64,000 bases of DNA from Deltaproteobacteria bacterium (lineage in GTDB: Bacteria > Desulfobacterota > Anaeroferrophillalia > Anaeroferrophillales > Tharpellaceae), in contig JAFGVI010000026.1 of NCBI GenBank assembly GCA_016938065.1, positions 13,904-77,903 of the forward strand, read 5' to 3'. Shown here piece by piece: positions 28,565 to 37,908 of this stretch. A program made the translations under genes and the position numbers. The notes under the pieces are model-generated. The model saw nothing but the letters and a program-made list of their open reading frames with translations, ran no database searches and had not been told where the DNA came from. Numbering within the stretch: the first letter of the stretch is position 1; each line of letters opens with the position of its first letter.

Positions 28565-30318
28565 ATAATATGACTGTTAATAATAATTATTTCCGAATGT
28601 GGAAGATGCAGGAAGCGCCACCCGAACTGCACAGAAATTTTTGCGATGAACTCGGAATCTCTGCACTGCTCGCTTCAATTCTGATCAACCGTGGCTTTAA
28701 AGATACACAGAGCGCTCGTGACTTCCTTTATCCGTCGCTGCATAACCTCCCCAACCCTTTTCTCCTGTCAGGTATGGAAAAGGCCGTAGATCGCCTGATT
28801 CTCGCTTTTCGTCGTCAGGAAAAAGTTTTTGTTTTCGGCGATTATGATATGGATGGCATCTCGGCTACCGCAATTTTGGTAGATTACTTAAGACGCACCG
28901 GTTTTATTGTCGACTACTCCATTCCGTCACGACTTACCGATGGTTACGGCCTTAACCTTGAGGCGGTCAAAAAAGCAAAGTTATCAGGTGCTAATCTGGC
29001 CATAACCGTTGACTGCGGAATTTCTGACTACGAAGAAGTTGTCGCTGCCAATGCTCTCGGACTTGATATTATCCTGACCGACCATCATCAGATTCCGGAA
29101 AAAACACCTCCGGCATATGCCATAATCAATCCCCACCTTAAAGATTGTCAATATCCCGACAAGGTGCTGGCCGGAGTCGGGGTAGCCTTCAATCTGATGA
29201 TGGCCTTGCGCAAAAGTCTGCGCCAGGCCGGTTTGACTAAGGATGTAAACCTGCTTCAATACCTTGACCTGGTGGCTTTAGGCACGGTTGCCGATGTGAT
29301 GCCGTTAACTGGTGTAAACCGAATTTTTGTCAGTTTTGGTCTGGTTGAAATTAACAGATCCTATCGTCGCGGTCTGCGCGCGTTAATTAATTCCTGCCAT
29401 TTTCAGCAGGGTCAGACCATTAAAGCCCGTGATCTGGCCTTTCGGCTGGCACCGCGCGTCAATGCTGTCGGCCGTATCGCCAACGCCGCGACTGCAGTTG
29501 AACTTTTTCTGACTAAAGATCAAGCGGTGGCCGTCAGACAGGCCCAGTATCTTGAGGAGTGTAACGAACGTCGACGTGAGATCGAGAAAGCAATCAAGAA
29601 CGATGTCGAAGAGATGATTGGCCGGGATGAAGAGCTTATCAGGGCCAAAACTATTGTTCTGGCTGCTGAGAACTGGCACCCCGGAGTCGTTGGTATTGTC
29701 TCATCCCGAATAGCTGAAAGTTACGGTAAACCGACCATTCTGATCGCCCTGGAGAACGGCATCGGCCGCGGCTCCGGCCGCAGCATCGAGGGGTTGAATC
29801 TGGTTGCGGTGCTGGAACACTGCCAAACCCATCTGATTCGTTTCGGCGGCCATGAACAGGCCGTAGGCTTGACAGTTGCTGAAGAAAATATCGCAGATTT
29901 ACGCATGCACATCGAAAATTACATGAACAACTATGAGCCCATGCAGGAAACCATGCCTGACCTGCATATAGACGACACTCTCAATCCGGCTGCAGTCAAC
30001 CAGAAATTACTTGAAGAGCTGGAAATTCTGCAACCCCTGGGTCAGGGCAACCCGGAGCCTGTCTTTGCCATGCATGCAATGCAACTGGTCAAATCTACGA
30101 CCATCGGTCAAAATGGCCGTCGCCATATGAAATTTATCTTCAGCGATGAAAAAAATTGCCGCTTACCGGGCATCGCTTTCAATTTTTCCGGTGATTGCCC
30201 GGAAGGCGGCGCAAATGTCGATCTGGCCTTCACGCCAGAAGAAAATGTCTGGCAGGGTAAAACAGAAATCCGTCTCAACCTTGTAGCTCTGCGCTCAATC
30301 CGGCAAGGCGACGACTAA
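28561..30318 (+). CDS. recJ: Single-stranded-DNA-specific exonuclease
   Basis: 585 aa. DHH motifs (VFGDYDMDGISATAIL, TDHH) and a DHHA1 domain. Confidence 0.85.
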   Translation: MNNMTVNNNYFRMWKMQEAPPELHRNFCDELGISALLASILINRGFKDTQSARDFLYPSLHNLPNPFLLSGMEKAVDRLILAFRRQEKVFVFGDYDMDGISATAILVDYLRRTGFIVDYSIPSRLTDGYGLNLEAVKKAKLSGANLAITVDCGISDYEEVVAANALGLDIILTDHHQIPEKTPPAYAIINPHLKDCQYPDKVLAGVGVAFNLMMALRKSLRQAGLTKDVNLLQYLDLVALGTVADVMPLTGVNRIFVSFGLVEINRSYRRGLRALINSCHFQQGQTIKARDLAFRLAPRVNAVGRIANAATAVELFLTKDQAVAVRQAQYLEECNERRREIEKAIKNDVEEMIGRDEELIRAKTIVLAAENWHPGVVGIVSSRIAESYGKPTILIALENGIGRGSGRSIEGLNLVAVLEHCQTHLIRFGGHEQAVGLTVAEENIADLRMHIENYMNNYEPMQETMPDLHIDDTLNPAAVNQKLLEELEILQPLGQGNPEPVFAMHAMQLVKSTTIGQNGRRHMKFIFSDEKNCRLPGIAFNFSGDCPEGGANVDLAFTPEENVWQGKTEIRLNLVALRSIRQGDD

Positions 30319-30845
30319 CGGTCATAGAAAGGGCTCTTGCTGGTTATTGAGAGCGGTATCGCATAGGCGATCTTCACATCCGCCGGCATCATGCCCAACT
30401 CAAGGACCGCTTTGCCGCAGGAGAACATGATGCGGTTGTCGATATGATGTAAAGCGGCAACCGAGGCGGCACTGCCCATGGCAATTCCCAGATCAATAAT
30501 ATTAAAGTTGCAGCGCCCCTCCCCCTCCCGCCGGCAGGCCTGGCAATCGCTGTAGCCGCAATCTCCACAGTGAGGTATGCCAAGAGGCTGGAATTTAGTA
30601 CCAACGACCAGAACCGCCGGGACCTGATAGATATTGTTGGCGTCACGCTGAAAAAAAGGTATATCTTCATCCACAGCTATCTTTTCCATCCTTTTGGCAA
30701 CCCGGTCTTTTTCATCCGCCGTCAACAGGATGGTCACAATCGTGTCAGCCCCCTTTCCTTTCGGAGCTGTCCTTGCCGCCGCAGCCATCAGACGAGCAAC
30801 CTCGAGAACCGCATCTTTTTCCAGATCCTTATCAAATGTAATCAT
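30315..30845 (-). CDS. DUF2148-like Fe-S (ferredoxin-domain) protein, hypothetical
   Basis: About 176 aa from MITFDKDLEK. Cys cluster HCGDCGYSDCQACRREGEGRC. The stop overlaps the recJ stop (convergent). Confidence 0.45.
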   Translation of the reverse strand: MITFDKDLEKDAVLEVARLMAAAARTAPKGKGADTIVTILLTADEKDRVAKRMEKIAVDEDIPFFQRDANNIYQVPAVLVVGTKFQPLGIPHCGDCGYSDCQACRREGEGRCNFNIIDLGIAMGSAASVAALHHIDNRIMFSCGKAVLELGMMPADVKIAYAIPLSITSKSPFYDR

Positions 30846-31016
30846 TTTTCTCCCTCGCAATTATTTTTATCGATCACCAACAAGAAAATTGTGGCAAAGA
30901 GACAATAAACATGATAATCGTTAATTAACATTTTTACAAGTGCTGTAATTTCACATGCAACTCTGTTGAGCATGAACACCTTTTACCTTTCGGTAAAAGC
31001 GTGGGGTTAATGGAAA

Positions 31017-31511
31017 ATGTCGCAATCGGCGCTCTGGGCTCCCTGGAGAATCAACTATATTCTGCATAAAAATATCGAGGAAGATGCAGCCTGCCTCTTC
31101 TGCCGGCTGCCTGAAGAAAAAGATGACCGCACAAACCTGATACTGCAGCGTACGCAGTTTAGTTATGTCCTCTTGAATCGTTATCCATACAGCAGCTGTC
31201 ATCTTCTGGTGGTGCCCTCTGTCCATGTTGCCGACCTCGATGAGCTGGAACAGGAACCTTATATCGATTTGATGCTGCTGCTCAAAAGGTCAATGAAAAA
31301 GTTGCAGGAAGCGCTACACCCGGCCGGCATCAACACCGGTCTGAATATGGGAGCCGCGGCCGGAGCCGGGATAGCGGCCCATCTGCATTTTCATATAGTT
31401 CCCCGCTGGTCCGGGGATCACAATTTTATGCCGGTGATCGCTGACACCATGGTAATGCCGCAACATCTTGATTCATCATATGAAATGCTGAAGCCTTTTT
31501 TCAGCACTTGA
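31017..31511 (+). CDS. HIT-family hydrolase
   Basis: 164 aa. Histidine triad HLHFHIVPR. Confidence 0.75.
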   Translation: MSQSALWAPWRINYILHKNIEEDAACLFCRLPEEKDDRTNLILQRTQFSYVLLNRYPYSSCHLLVVPSVHVADLDELEQEPYIDLMLLLKRSMKKLQEALHPAGINTGLNMGAAAGAGIAAHLHFHIVPRWSGDHNFMPVIADTMVMPQHLDSSYEMLKPFFST

Positions 31512-31545
31512 TTAACTTTTTTGTTTTGTAGAGAGGATTGTTCTG

Positions 31546-31905
31546 ATGCGCTACCTTAAAATTGCTCTAATTCTGATTTTCCTGCTGCTGGCCCTGGTTT
31601 TTATTTTTCAAAACAGTGCGGCTTTATCTGTAGCCGTAGACTTGAAATATGGGGTCGGAGAGTATGTTCTGCATAAATCACCGCCTCTTTATATCGTGAT
31701 TTTTTGCGCACTTTTTCTCGGTGTCATAATGGTTGCCGCGTTTGATATTATAATCATTTTTAAAAATCGCCGCCTGCTGAAGAAACAGAAAAAGAGTATC
31801 AGTGAGCTTGAAAGTGAGCTGGCAAAATTTCGTAATCAGCCGCTAACCGACAACGGCGTTACGGCTGATGCTGCGGCTGTAGCTTCTCCGGCCAGTGAAG
31901 CCTAA
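31546..31905 (+). CDS. lapA: LapA-family (DUF1049) inner-membrane protein
   Basis: 119 aa, two TM helices. Immediately upstream of the LapB-like gene, the conserved lapA-lapB arrangement. Confidence 0.6.
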   Translation: MRYLKIALILIFLLLALVFIFQNSAALSVAVDLKYGVGEYVLHKSPPLYIVIFCALFLGVIMVAAFDIIIIFKNRRLLKKQKKSISELESELAKFRNQPLTDNGVTADAAAVASPASEA

Positions 31906-31957
31906 ATTAAACCACTTCAGTCGGTCATTAATTTAAAGTAAGTTAGTAAAATCCTGC

Positions 31958-33184
31958 ATGCCTTTATCCACTCTGCTATCTGTAGCTCTGCTCTCTCTGC
32001 TGTGTTTGATTTTTCTTTTTTGGGGACTGAAAAGGCTGTTCGCCTTTCGCTGCTACTGTTTTCCGAAATCAAAAATTAATAAAATTCCTCAGGTCGTCAA
32101 GGCGGCAGAAGAGTTGACTGAAAAGTCGGCTCTTCTGCGCACCTATTTCAAAGGACTTTCTTATGTTATCGCCAATGAAACCGACAAGGCTGTAGCGGAG
32201 TTTGTTAAAGTCGCTCGGATTGACACCACCACGGCGGAAATCTATCTGGCTTTAGGACAGCTTTTTCGAAACTCCGGTGAAATGGAACGGGCCATTCGCG
32301 TACATCGCGATATTCTGCTGCGACCCAACCTGCCTGACGACGTGCGTCGACAAACATTCTTCGAGATTGGTCTGGATTACAAACGGGCTGGATTATTTGA
32401 CCGGGCCTGTCGGGCTTTTGAAGAAATTTTGGCCCGGGATCCAGAAAATCCCGGAGCCCGCAAGGAACTGTCATCACTTTACATAAGCCTGCGGGAGTGG
32501 GAAAAAGCTCTCGCACTTCATAAAGCCGATCCCTCTTCTGAAAACAAAATCAATCTCATTGCCCATTTAACCACCGAGGTCGGCAAAGCGGCTGAAATTT
32601 CGGGAGACAGGAAAAAGGCACTTAAGTTTTTTCTTGAAGCCTTAGCGCTTGATGATAATTGCATTGATGCCTGGCTTCATTATGGAGATTTTTTACAGAG
32701 TGACAACCAGATACCTGAGACCCTGGCGGCCTGGGAAAAAGCCTTCACCCTGAATCCTGACTTTGTCGGGCTTGTTACCAGCCGTTTTTCCACTCTATCT
32801 GAAAACCTCAGAGATACAGTTGAAGCTGAGTTCTTCATGCGCCATTTGGAAGAGTATGGCTCGAAGAAAAAGTTCAACCTTGCCTATATCGGCTGGCTGA
32901 TCAAGGCAGGTCGTCTGCACGATGCCGGCCAGCGTCTGGAACGGGTCATGCGTGAAAAAAGCGGTGATGCGGAAGTTTTTTCCCTGGTCAGACACTTGTT
33001 GCAGAAGTTGCGTTCTTCCTCTGAAACAGAGCATAAACTTTACGACTCACTCGTCAGCAATTTTTTTTCCACCCAACTGCGCTTCGAGAAAGCCTATCGT
33101 TGCCGGAAATGTGGTTTTCAAGTTGATGAAATGGCCTGGCAATGTCCGCGCTGTGCAACCTGGGACTCTATTGCAGTTCGTTAG
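31958..33184 (+). CDS. lapB: Lipopolysaccharide assembly protein LapB (YciM): N-terminal TM, TPR repeats, C-terminal rubredoxin-like zinc finger
   Basis: 408 aa. TPR-like repeats. C-terminal CRKCGFQVDEMAWQCPRCATWDS is a CxxC-x9-CxxC motif. Confidence 0.75.
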   Translation: MPLSTLLSVALLSLLCLIFLFWGLKRLFAFRCYCFPKSKINKIPQVVKAAEELTEKSALLRTYFKGLSYVIANETDKAVAEFVKVARIDTTTAEIYLALGQLFRNSGEMERAIRVHRDILLRPNLPDDVRRQTFFEIGLDYKRAGLFDRACRAFEEILARDPENPGARKELSSLYISLREWEKALALHKADPSSENKINLIAHLTTEVGKAAEISGDRKKALKFFLEALALDDNCIDAWLHYGDFLQSDNQIPETLAAWEKAFTLNPDFVGLVTSRFSTLSENLRDTVEAEFFMRHLEEYGSKKKFNLAYIGWLIKAGRLHDAGQRLERVMREKSGDAEVFSLVRHLLQKLRSSSETEHKLYDSLVSNFFSTQLRFEKAYRCRKCGFQVDEMAWQCPRCATWDSIAVR

Positions 33185-33236
33185 CATAAAGTCACGGGAA
33201 CTTATTTTAACCTGGGCTTCCCTATGAATTTCGCCT

Positions 33237-33638
33237 ATGAATTTCGAAGATAATTTACGTGGCTTTTATCGCTGCAATATTCAGCTTCCTTTCTCTTTTT
33301 CGATAATCAGGGATAAAGAAGTTATCGGACCCTATCTCGGCCGTACTCTCAATTTAGGGGGGGGAGGAATGTATTTTGCGACAAGCTGCCCTCTGCTTCA
33401 GCCCGGCACCCTGATTCTGGCTGAGTTCCAGTCTGCCAACTGTGAAGAAACCCTGCCCGAAGGAATGCCTCCAGGAGACTTCATGGCTCGAGTGATACGG
33501 GAAGAGCCAGGTGCTGATGACCCAAACAGAGAAAAGCGTTATTGTTTAGCCGTTGAGTTTAAGTTTCCTCACAAAGCCAGTAAAAATGATATTGTGGCTT
33601 TTCTTAATCGTTACGAAGCACATCGCAAAAGTTTTTGA
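33237..33638 (+). CDS. PilZ-domain c-di-GMP receptor (single domain)
   Basis: 133 aa. RxxxR-like ...RGFYRCNI and (D/N)xSxGG-like LNLGGGGMYF motifs. Confidence 0.55.
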   Translation: MNFEDNLRGFYRCNIQLPFSFSIIRDKEVIGPYLGRTLNLGGGGMYFATSCPLLQPGTLILAEFQSANCEETLPEGMPPGDFMARVIREEPGADDPNREKRYCLAVEFKFPHKASKNDIVAFLNRYEAHRKSF

Positions 33639-33674
33639 CTACGAGCATCCGCCGTCGATCTCTGCAGAAAAATA

Positions 33675-34139
33675 CTAGGGCAGACCTCGATATTTAAGCT
33701 GCAGCCCATTAAGAAAATTGCGCAGGATCTGATCCAGACAGTCGCGATAATGTCTATGCCCGGGCTTGCGGAAGAATGCACTGAGCTCATGTTTGCTGAT
33801 ATTAACTTTAGACTGCCTCATGATTTCAACAATGTCATCAGCTTTCAGATCCAGGGCAATTTTTAATTTTCTGAAAATTATATTATTGTTCAGCTCTGAT
33901 TCAGGAGCAACCGACACCCCCTCTTGTTTCCCCCGCAAATCACTGATCAGACCGTTCAGAAAAAAGGAAAGATCCGTGTCGCTGCACTTTTCAAAGGCCG
34001 GATCATCATCTTTTCTCAACCAGTTACTTATCTGTTCCCGGCTTATCTGCTGCCCGGTAAGAGCAAAGACTGCAACCATCTTAGCGTCCTTGAAATCGAA
34101 GATATAGCGAATCCGGCGCAATAAATCATTATTGGTCAT
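33675..34139 (-). CDS. DUF1456 (YehS-like) family protein
   Basis: MTNNDLLRRIRYIFDF matches the DUF1456 N-terminal repeat; a second repeat lies downstream. Internal start at 34139 (track ORF begins at 34238). Confidence 0.55.
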   Translation of the reverse strand: MTNNDLLRRIRYIFDFKDAKMVAVFALTGQQISREQISNWLRKDDDPAFEKCSDTDLSFFLNGLISDLRGKQEGVSVAPESELNNNIIFRKLKIALDLKADDIVEIMRQSKVNISKHELSAFFRKPGHRHYRDCLDQILRNFLNGLQLKYRGLP

Positions 34140-34161
34140 ACAACTCTCCGCAATAAGTGTT

Positions 34162-35085
34162 TCAGGCCGGATTTTTTTCCAGCGAACCGATGAAATCAAC
34201 CACTCTTTTACAGCCCTGACGGTCGAGGTAGTTCTCAATACCGGCGACGATCAAAGCCGCACTCTGCGGATTGATGAAACTGGCCGTACCTATTTCAACA
34301 GCGGTAGCTCCGGCCAGCAGAAACTCTAAGGCGTCACGCTGATTAACGATGCCGCCGATACCGATAACCGGTACCGATACCGCACTTGCTACCTGATAGA
34401 CCATACGCAGGGCTACCGGTTTAATAGCCGGACCGGAGAGCCCGCCGGTTGTATTTCCCAGAATCGGTTTTTTTCGGTCAAGATCAATCGCCATACCCAT
34501 CAGGGTATTGATCAATGACAAAGCATCGCTGCCGGCCTCTACCACCGCCTGTGCGATTGCAACAATGTCGCTGACATTGGGAGAAAGTTTAGTGATCAGG
34601 GGCAGCGAGGTTGCTTGACGCACCGCGGCCACCAGTTTGGCGGCGGCCGCAGGATCAGTGCCGAACTGAATACCTCCGGCTTTGACATTAGGACAGGAGA
34701 TGTTGATTTCAAGAGCGGAAATTCCTTCAACCCCATCCAGCCGCGCCGCCAAGGCAGCATAATCAGCTTGCTCTTGGCCGAAGATATTGACAATAACCAC
34801 GGCTCCGAGTTTTCGCAAAAGCGGGAGTTCCATCGATAGAAACTGTTCTATGCCGATATTTTCCAGGCCGATCGCATTGAGCATCCCGCAGGCAGTCTCA
34901 GTGATTCTGATCCCCGGATTGCCGGTTTTCGGTTCCAGGGACAAGCCTTTAGTGATAATCCCCCCCAGTTTCGCTATATCAAAATAGGGGGCATACTCGC
35001 GACCATATCCAAAAGTACCGGAAGCGGTCAGAACCGGATTTTTCAGAATCAGTCCCGGAGCTATCTCAACCGTTAGATCTACCAT
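34162..35085 (-). CDS. pyrD: Dihydroorotate dehydrogenase, catalytic subunit (class 1B)
   Basis: 307 aa. LKNPVLTASGTFGYG start. Overlaps the pyrK stop (TGATG). Confidence 0.9.
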   Translation of the reverse strand: MVDLTVEIAPGLILKNPVLTASGTFGYGREYAPYFDIAKLGGIITKGLSLEPKTGNPGIRITETACGMLNAIGLENIGIEQFLSMELPLLRKLGAVVIVNIFGQEQADYAALAARLDGVEGISALEINISCPNVKAGGIQFGTDPAAAAKLVAAVRQATSLPLITKLSPNVSDIVAIAQAVVEAGSDALSLINTLMGMAIDLDRKKPILGNTTGGLSGPAIKPVALRMVYQVASAVSVPVIGIGGIVNQRDALEFLLAGATAVEIGTASFINPQSAALIVAGIENYLDRQGCKRVVDFIGSLEKNPA

Positions 35086-35930
35086 CAGAAAATCACCTTC
35101 CGGGCCGGGAAAACCGGACCCTGAGTGCAGACTTTTGCTGTTTCAACACCACCCGCACCGGTTTCAGCAAAGACGGTCTGCACACACCCGAGGCAGACCC
35201 CGAAACCGCAGGCCATGCGATTTTCAAGACTCAGATAACCTTCATTACCACCCGTTTGTAAAATTTTTTGCACGCTTTTCAGCATTGCTTCCGGTCCGCA
35301 GGCGAAAATGCGCGCCTGGGAATTATTGAGCAGTTCTGCAGCCAGTATCTGAGTCACCAGACCATGGCGACCGCAACTGCCATCGTCGGTAATCGTTTTG
35401 ATCCGCAGGCCGAGAGCAACAGCGGCCGTAAGTTCATTCAGCAGAATCAATTCGGCATAACTGGCCGCTCCATAAAAGAGGAAGGTTTCAGTCAGAGACT
35501 GATTCGAATCAAGAGCCGAGAAGATGTACGAGGCAATCGAGGCGATACCCATACCACCGGCGACCAAAAAGAGAGGGCTCACCTCACCTTCTTCCGTCTT
35601 CTGCTGTGGATAGCCGTTACCTAACGGCCCGTGCACGGCCACCGAACCGCCTTTTTCGAGTTGACACAGTTGTGCACTTCCTCTACCCACGTTTTTAATG
35701 ACCACCTCAAACCACTCTTCATGCCAGCGACAAAGGCCGAACGGTCTGCGCAGCAGAGGATCAAAAAGGCTATTGTCTATACCCAGCATGACAAAGCGGC
35801 CCGGTTTTGCCGCACGGCAGAAATCTTTGCCTGATTTAAGTCGCAGACGAAAGATACCCTGAGACAGTTTCTGTTTATCGATTATTTCCGCATTAAAAAG
35901 AAACAATGTCCAGCACCTTATCCCCGCCAT
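35085..35930 (-). CDS. pyrK: Dihydroorotate dehydrogenase electron-transfer subunit (FAD/2Fe-2S)
   Basis: C-terminal CGFGVCLGC 2Fe-2S motif. The start is uncertain: ATG 35930 or TTG 35906. Confidence 0.8.
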   Translation of the reverse strand: MAGIRCWTLFLFNAEIIDKQKLSQGIFRLRLKSGKDFCRAAKPGRFVMLGIDNSLFDPLLRRPFGLCRWHEEWFEVVIKNVGRGSAQLCQLEKGGSVAVHGPLGNGYPQQKTEEGEVSPLFLVAGGMGIASIASYIFSALDSNQSLTETFLFYGAASYAELILLNELTAAVALGLRIKTITDDGSCGRHGLVTQILAAELLNNSQARIFACGPEAMLKSVQKILQTGGNEGYLSLENRMACGFGVCLGCVQTVFAETGAGGVETAKVCTQGPVFPARKVIF

Positions 35931-36192
35931 CAATAAATTTCAGGCCAAATGTCATCTGTTCATCAGGATTGCGTCTGGCCCATATCATTTCAGCCTGATA
36001 TTCACTAATCCTGCCATTTTTTTCAGTTAACCTGAGCGTAGCTTTGACCGGCACCTGCGTGGTGATGCGCAAACCACCATCGGAGATATCGATAGTTTCG
36101 GCGGTAACGATATCAGCATCAACAAAAAACTCAACCTGCGCTTTTATTCCGACCCGGGGAAACTGCCTTCTGCTCTCAGTTTTTTTATCCAT
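35893..36192 (-). CDS. PilZ-domain c-di-GMP receptor (single domain)
   Basis: 99 aa. RRQFPRV (RxxxR) and DISDGG (DxSxGG) motifs. Its 3' end overlaps the pyrK 5' end. Confidence 0.6.
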   Translation of the reverse strand: MDKKTESRRQFPRVGIKAQVEFFVDADIVTAETIDISDGGLRITTQVPVKATLRLTEKNGRISEYQAEMIWARRNPDEQMTFGLKFIDGGDKVLDIVSF

Positions 36193-36265
36193 GTTGAACC
36201 TTATTCATTAATATTTATCAGCTTGAAGAGCGACAACCCGTTACATGGGTTTATTTCATCTTGAG

Positions 36266-36299
36266 ACCGTTTCTTCACCTTAACCGTTTCTTCACCTTA
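36266..36299. repeat. Perfect tandem duplication 2 x 17 bp (ACCGTTTCTTCACCTTA)
   Basis: Seen directly at 36266-36282 and 36283-36299. Flanked by two copies of TATTCATTAAT (36213-36223 and 36312-36322). Upstream of the hexaheme cytochrome gene. Confidence 0.9.
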
Positions 36300-36430
36300 T
36301 ATGTAGATATTCATTAATGATGCAAGAAGAAAATCGGCGAAGTCAGATGCGGCTGAGCAAATAATTGGACATTTAAAAGCCAAAGTGCTATTATTCCCAA
36401 CGCCGAAAATCAAACAGCTGTCTATGGAGG

Positions 36431-36904
36431 ATGGAGATGAGATTAAGCACACTGGTTCTGACAATTTTTTTCCTGCTGGGATCCCTGACATCTTTTGCTC
36501 TGGATGCCCCTTCCGGGTTGATCCATGTTACCAAAGCTGACCCGACTACCGATCGTAAACCTTCCATTTTCATTCACTCCAAGCACGATCAGTACAAGTG
36601 CGAACTATGTCACCATACCTGGGACGGTGCCGGCGAAATCGAAAAATGTGCTTCCTGTCATCCGATTTTCCGTCACACTCAGCATCTGGATCAGAAATGT
36701 GATAATTGTCATGGAAGCTGGGAGATGTCGCGAGACATCAAAGAGTGCGGAGATTGTCATGCCGGTAATGATAAAGGAGGAACGCCCAATATAATCAGGG
36801 TATCCCATCGGGCTTTATGTAAACGCTGCCACCGAGAACTGGAAAAAGAGAACAAACCGACGGGTCCGACAACCCCCTGTACATCCTGTCACCGGGAAGA
36901 TTAG
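36431..36904 (+). CDS. Periplasmic multiheme (hexaheme) c-type cytochrome, c3/c7-like
   Basis: 157 aa. Signal peptide MEMRLSTLVLTIFFLLGSLTSFA. Six CxxCH motifs: CELCH, CASCH, CDNCH, CGDCH, CKRCH, CTSCH. RBS GGAGGATGGAG. Confidence 0.8.
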   Translation: MEMRLSTLVLTIFFLLGSLTSFALDAPSGLIHVTKADPTTDRKPSIFIHSKHDQYKCELCHHTWDGAGEIEKCASCHPIFRHTQHLDQKCDNCHGSWEMSRDIKECGDCHAGNDKGGTPNIIRVSHRALCKRCHRELEKENKPTGPTTPCTSCHRED

Positions 36905-36940
36905 CGCCTGATAGGATCGCTTTGGATTGCCCCCCGGCAT

Positions 36941-37384
36941 TTACAGATTAATCTGCAAGAGCAAGGCGGCGTTGGTATTGTTATCGTAGTATCCCGGACG
37001 ACGACCGCTAAGTATAAATCCCATTTTTTCGTACAGAGCTATAGCCTTGAGGTTCTTTTCAGAGACCTCAAGGTGAACGGTGGTCACCATAGCCTGTCGC
37101 AACCCCTGCAGACTTTCCCTCAGCAGAGTCCATGCCATCCCTCGCCGCCGTAATTGCGGAGAAACCGCAACCTTTAAAAGTTCAGCTTCCGGCGCAAATA
37201 TTTTACAGCAGCTGTACGCGCCAACCTCAGTCCGGCCGGGAAATCTACCAACAAGAGTAAGTGTCAAGGGATCGCAAAGTGTCGCCGCGAGGCTTGCTTC
37301 ACTCCAGGGAGAGCTAAATGAGACCTGCTCTATCGTCAATATCTGAGGAAGATCTTTTATAGTCGCTTTAGTGAAGGTTAACAA
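36941..37384 (-). CDS. rimI: Ribosomal-protein-alanine N-acetyltransferase (GNAT)
   Basis: GNAT motifs (RRRGMAWTLL). A TTG at 37384 preceded by GAGGAAG gives 147 aa, the RimI size (track ORF extends to 37489, overlapping mogA). Confidence 0.6.
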   Translation of the reverse strand: MLTFTKATIKDLPQILTIEQVSFSSPWSEASLAATLCDPLTLTLVGRFPGRTEVGAYSCCKIFAPEAELLKVAVSPQLRRRGMAWTLLRESLQGLRQAMVTTVHLEVSEKNLKAIALYEKMGFILSGRRPGYYDNNTNAALLLQINL

Positions 37385-37410
37385 GCTCTTCCTCAATGTC
37401 TGATAAAACC

Positions 37411-37908
37411 TTATGAACCACAATCTGTGGGATCTCCGGCCAGCTTCTCCAACGCATGCGGCAGTGCCGGCAGGATTACTTCCAGGCACTCGCTTGCAGC
37501 TTTAGGACTGCCGGGGAAATTGACAATCAGGGTCGTTCCGCGAATGCCGGCAACCGCCCTTGAAATCATGGCATGCGGAGTGATCTGCAGACTTGCAGAA
37601 CGCATCGCTTCAGCAAAACCTGGAGCCGGACGCTCAACTACCGCCATGGTAGCCTCCGGAGCCAGATCCCGAGGCGAGAAACCGGTGCCGCCGGTAGTCA
37701 GAATCAGTGAGACCGTGCCGCTGTCACACCACTCAGCAAGTTCTTTTTTAATCTCCTCCGGTTCGTCACTGACAACTTTTTCAGCGACAACAACAAAGTT
37801 GGCCGTCTCCTGCAGGCGCTTGCGCAAAGCCGGTCCACTTACATCCTGACGCTCCCCGCGGGAGCCACGATCACTGATAGTCAGGATGGCTGTGTGATAT
37901 TGCATCAT
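37411..37908 (-). CDS. mogA: Molybdenum cofactor biosynthesis protein MogA/MoaB family
   Basis: MQYHTAILTISDRGSRGER and GGTGFSPRD motifs. Internal start near 37908. Confidence 0.8.
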   Translation of the reverse strand: MMQYHTAILTISDRGSRGERQDVSGPALRKRLQETANFVVVAEKVVSDEPEEIKKELAEWCDSGTVSLILTTGGTGFSPRDLAPEATMAVVERPAPGFAEAMRSASLQITPHAMISRAVAGIRGTTLIVNFPGSPKAASECLEVILPALPHALEKLAGDPTDCGS

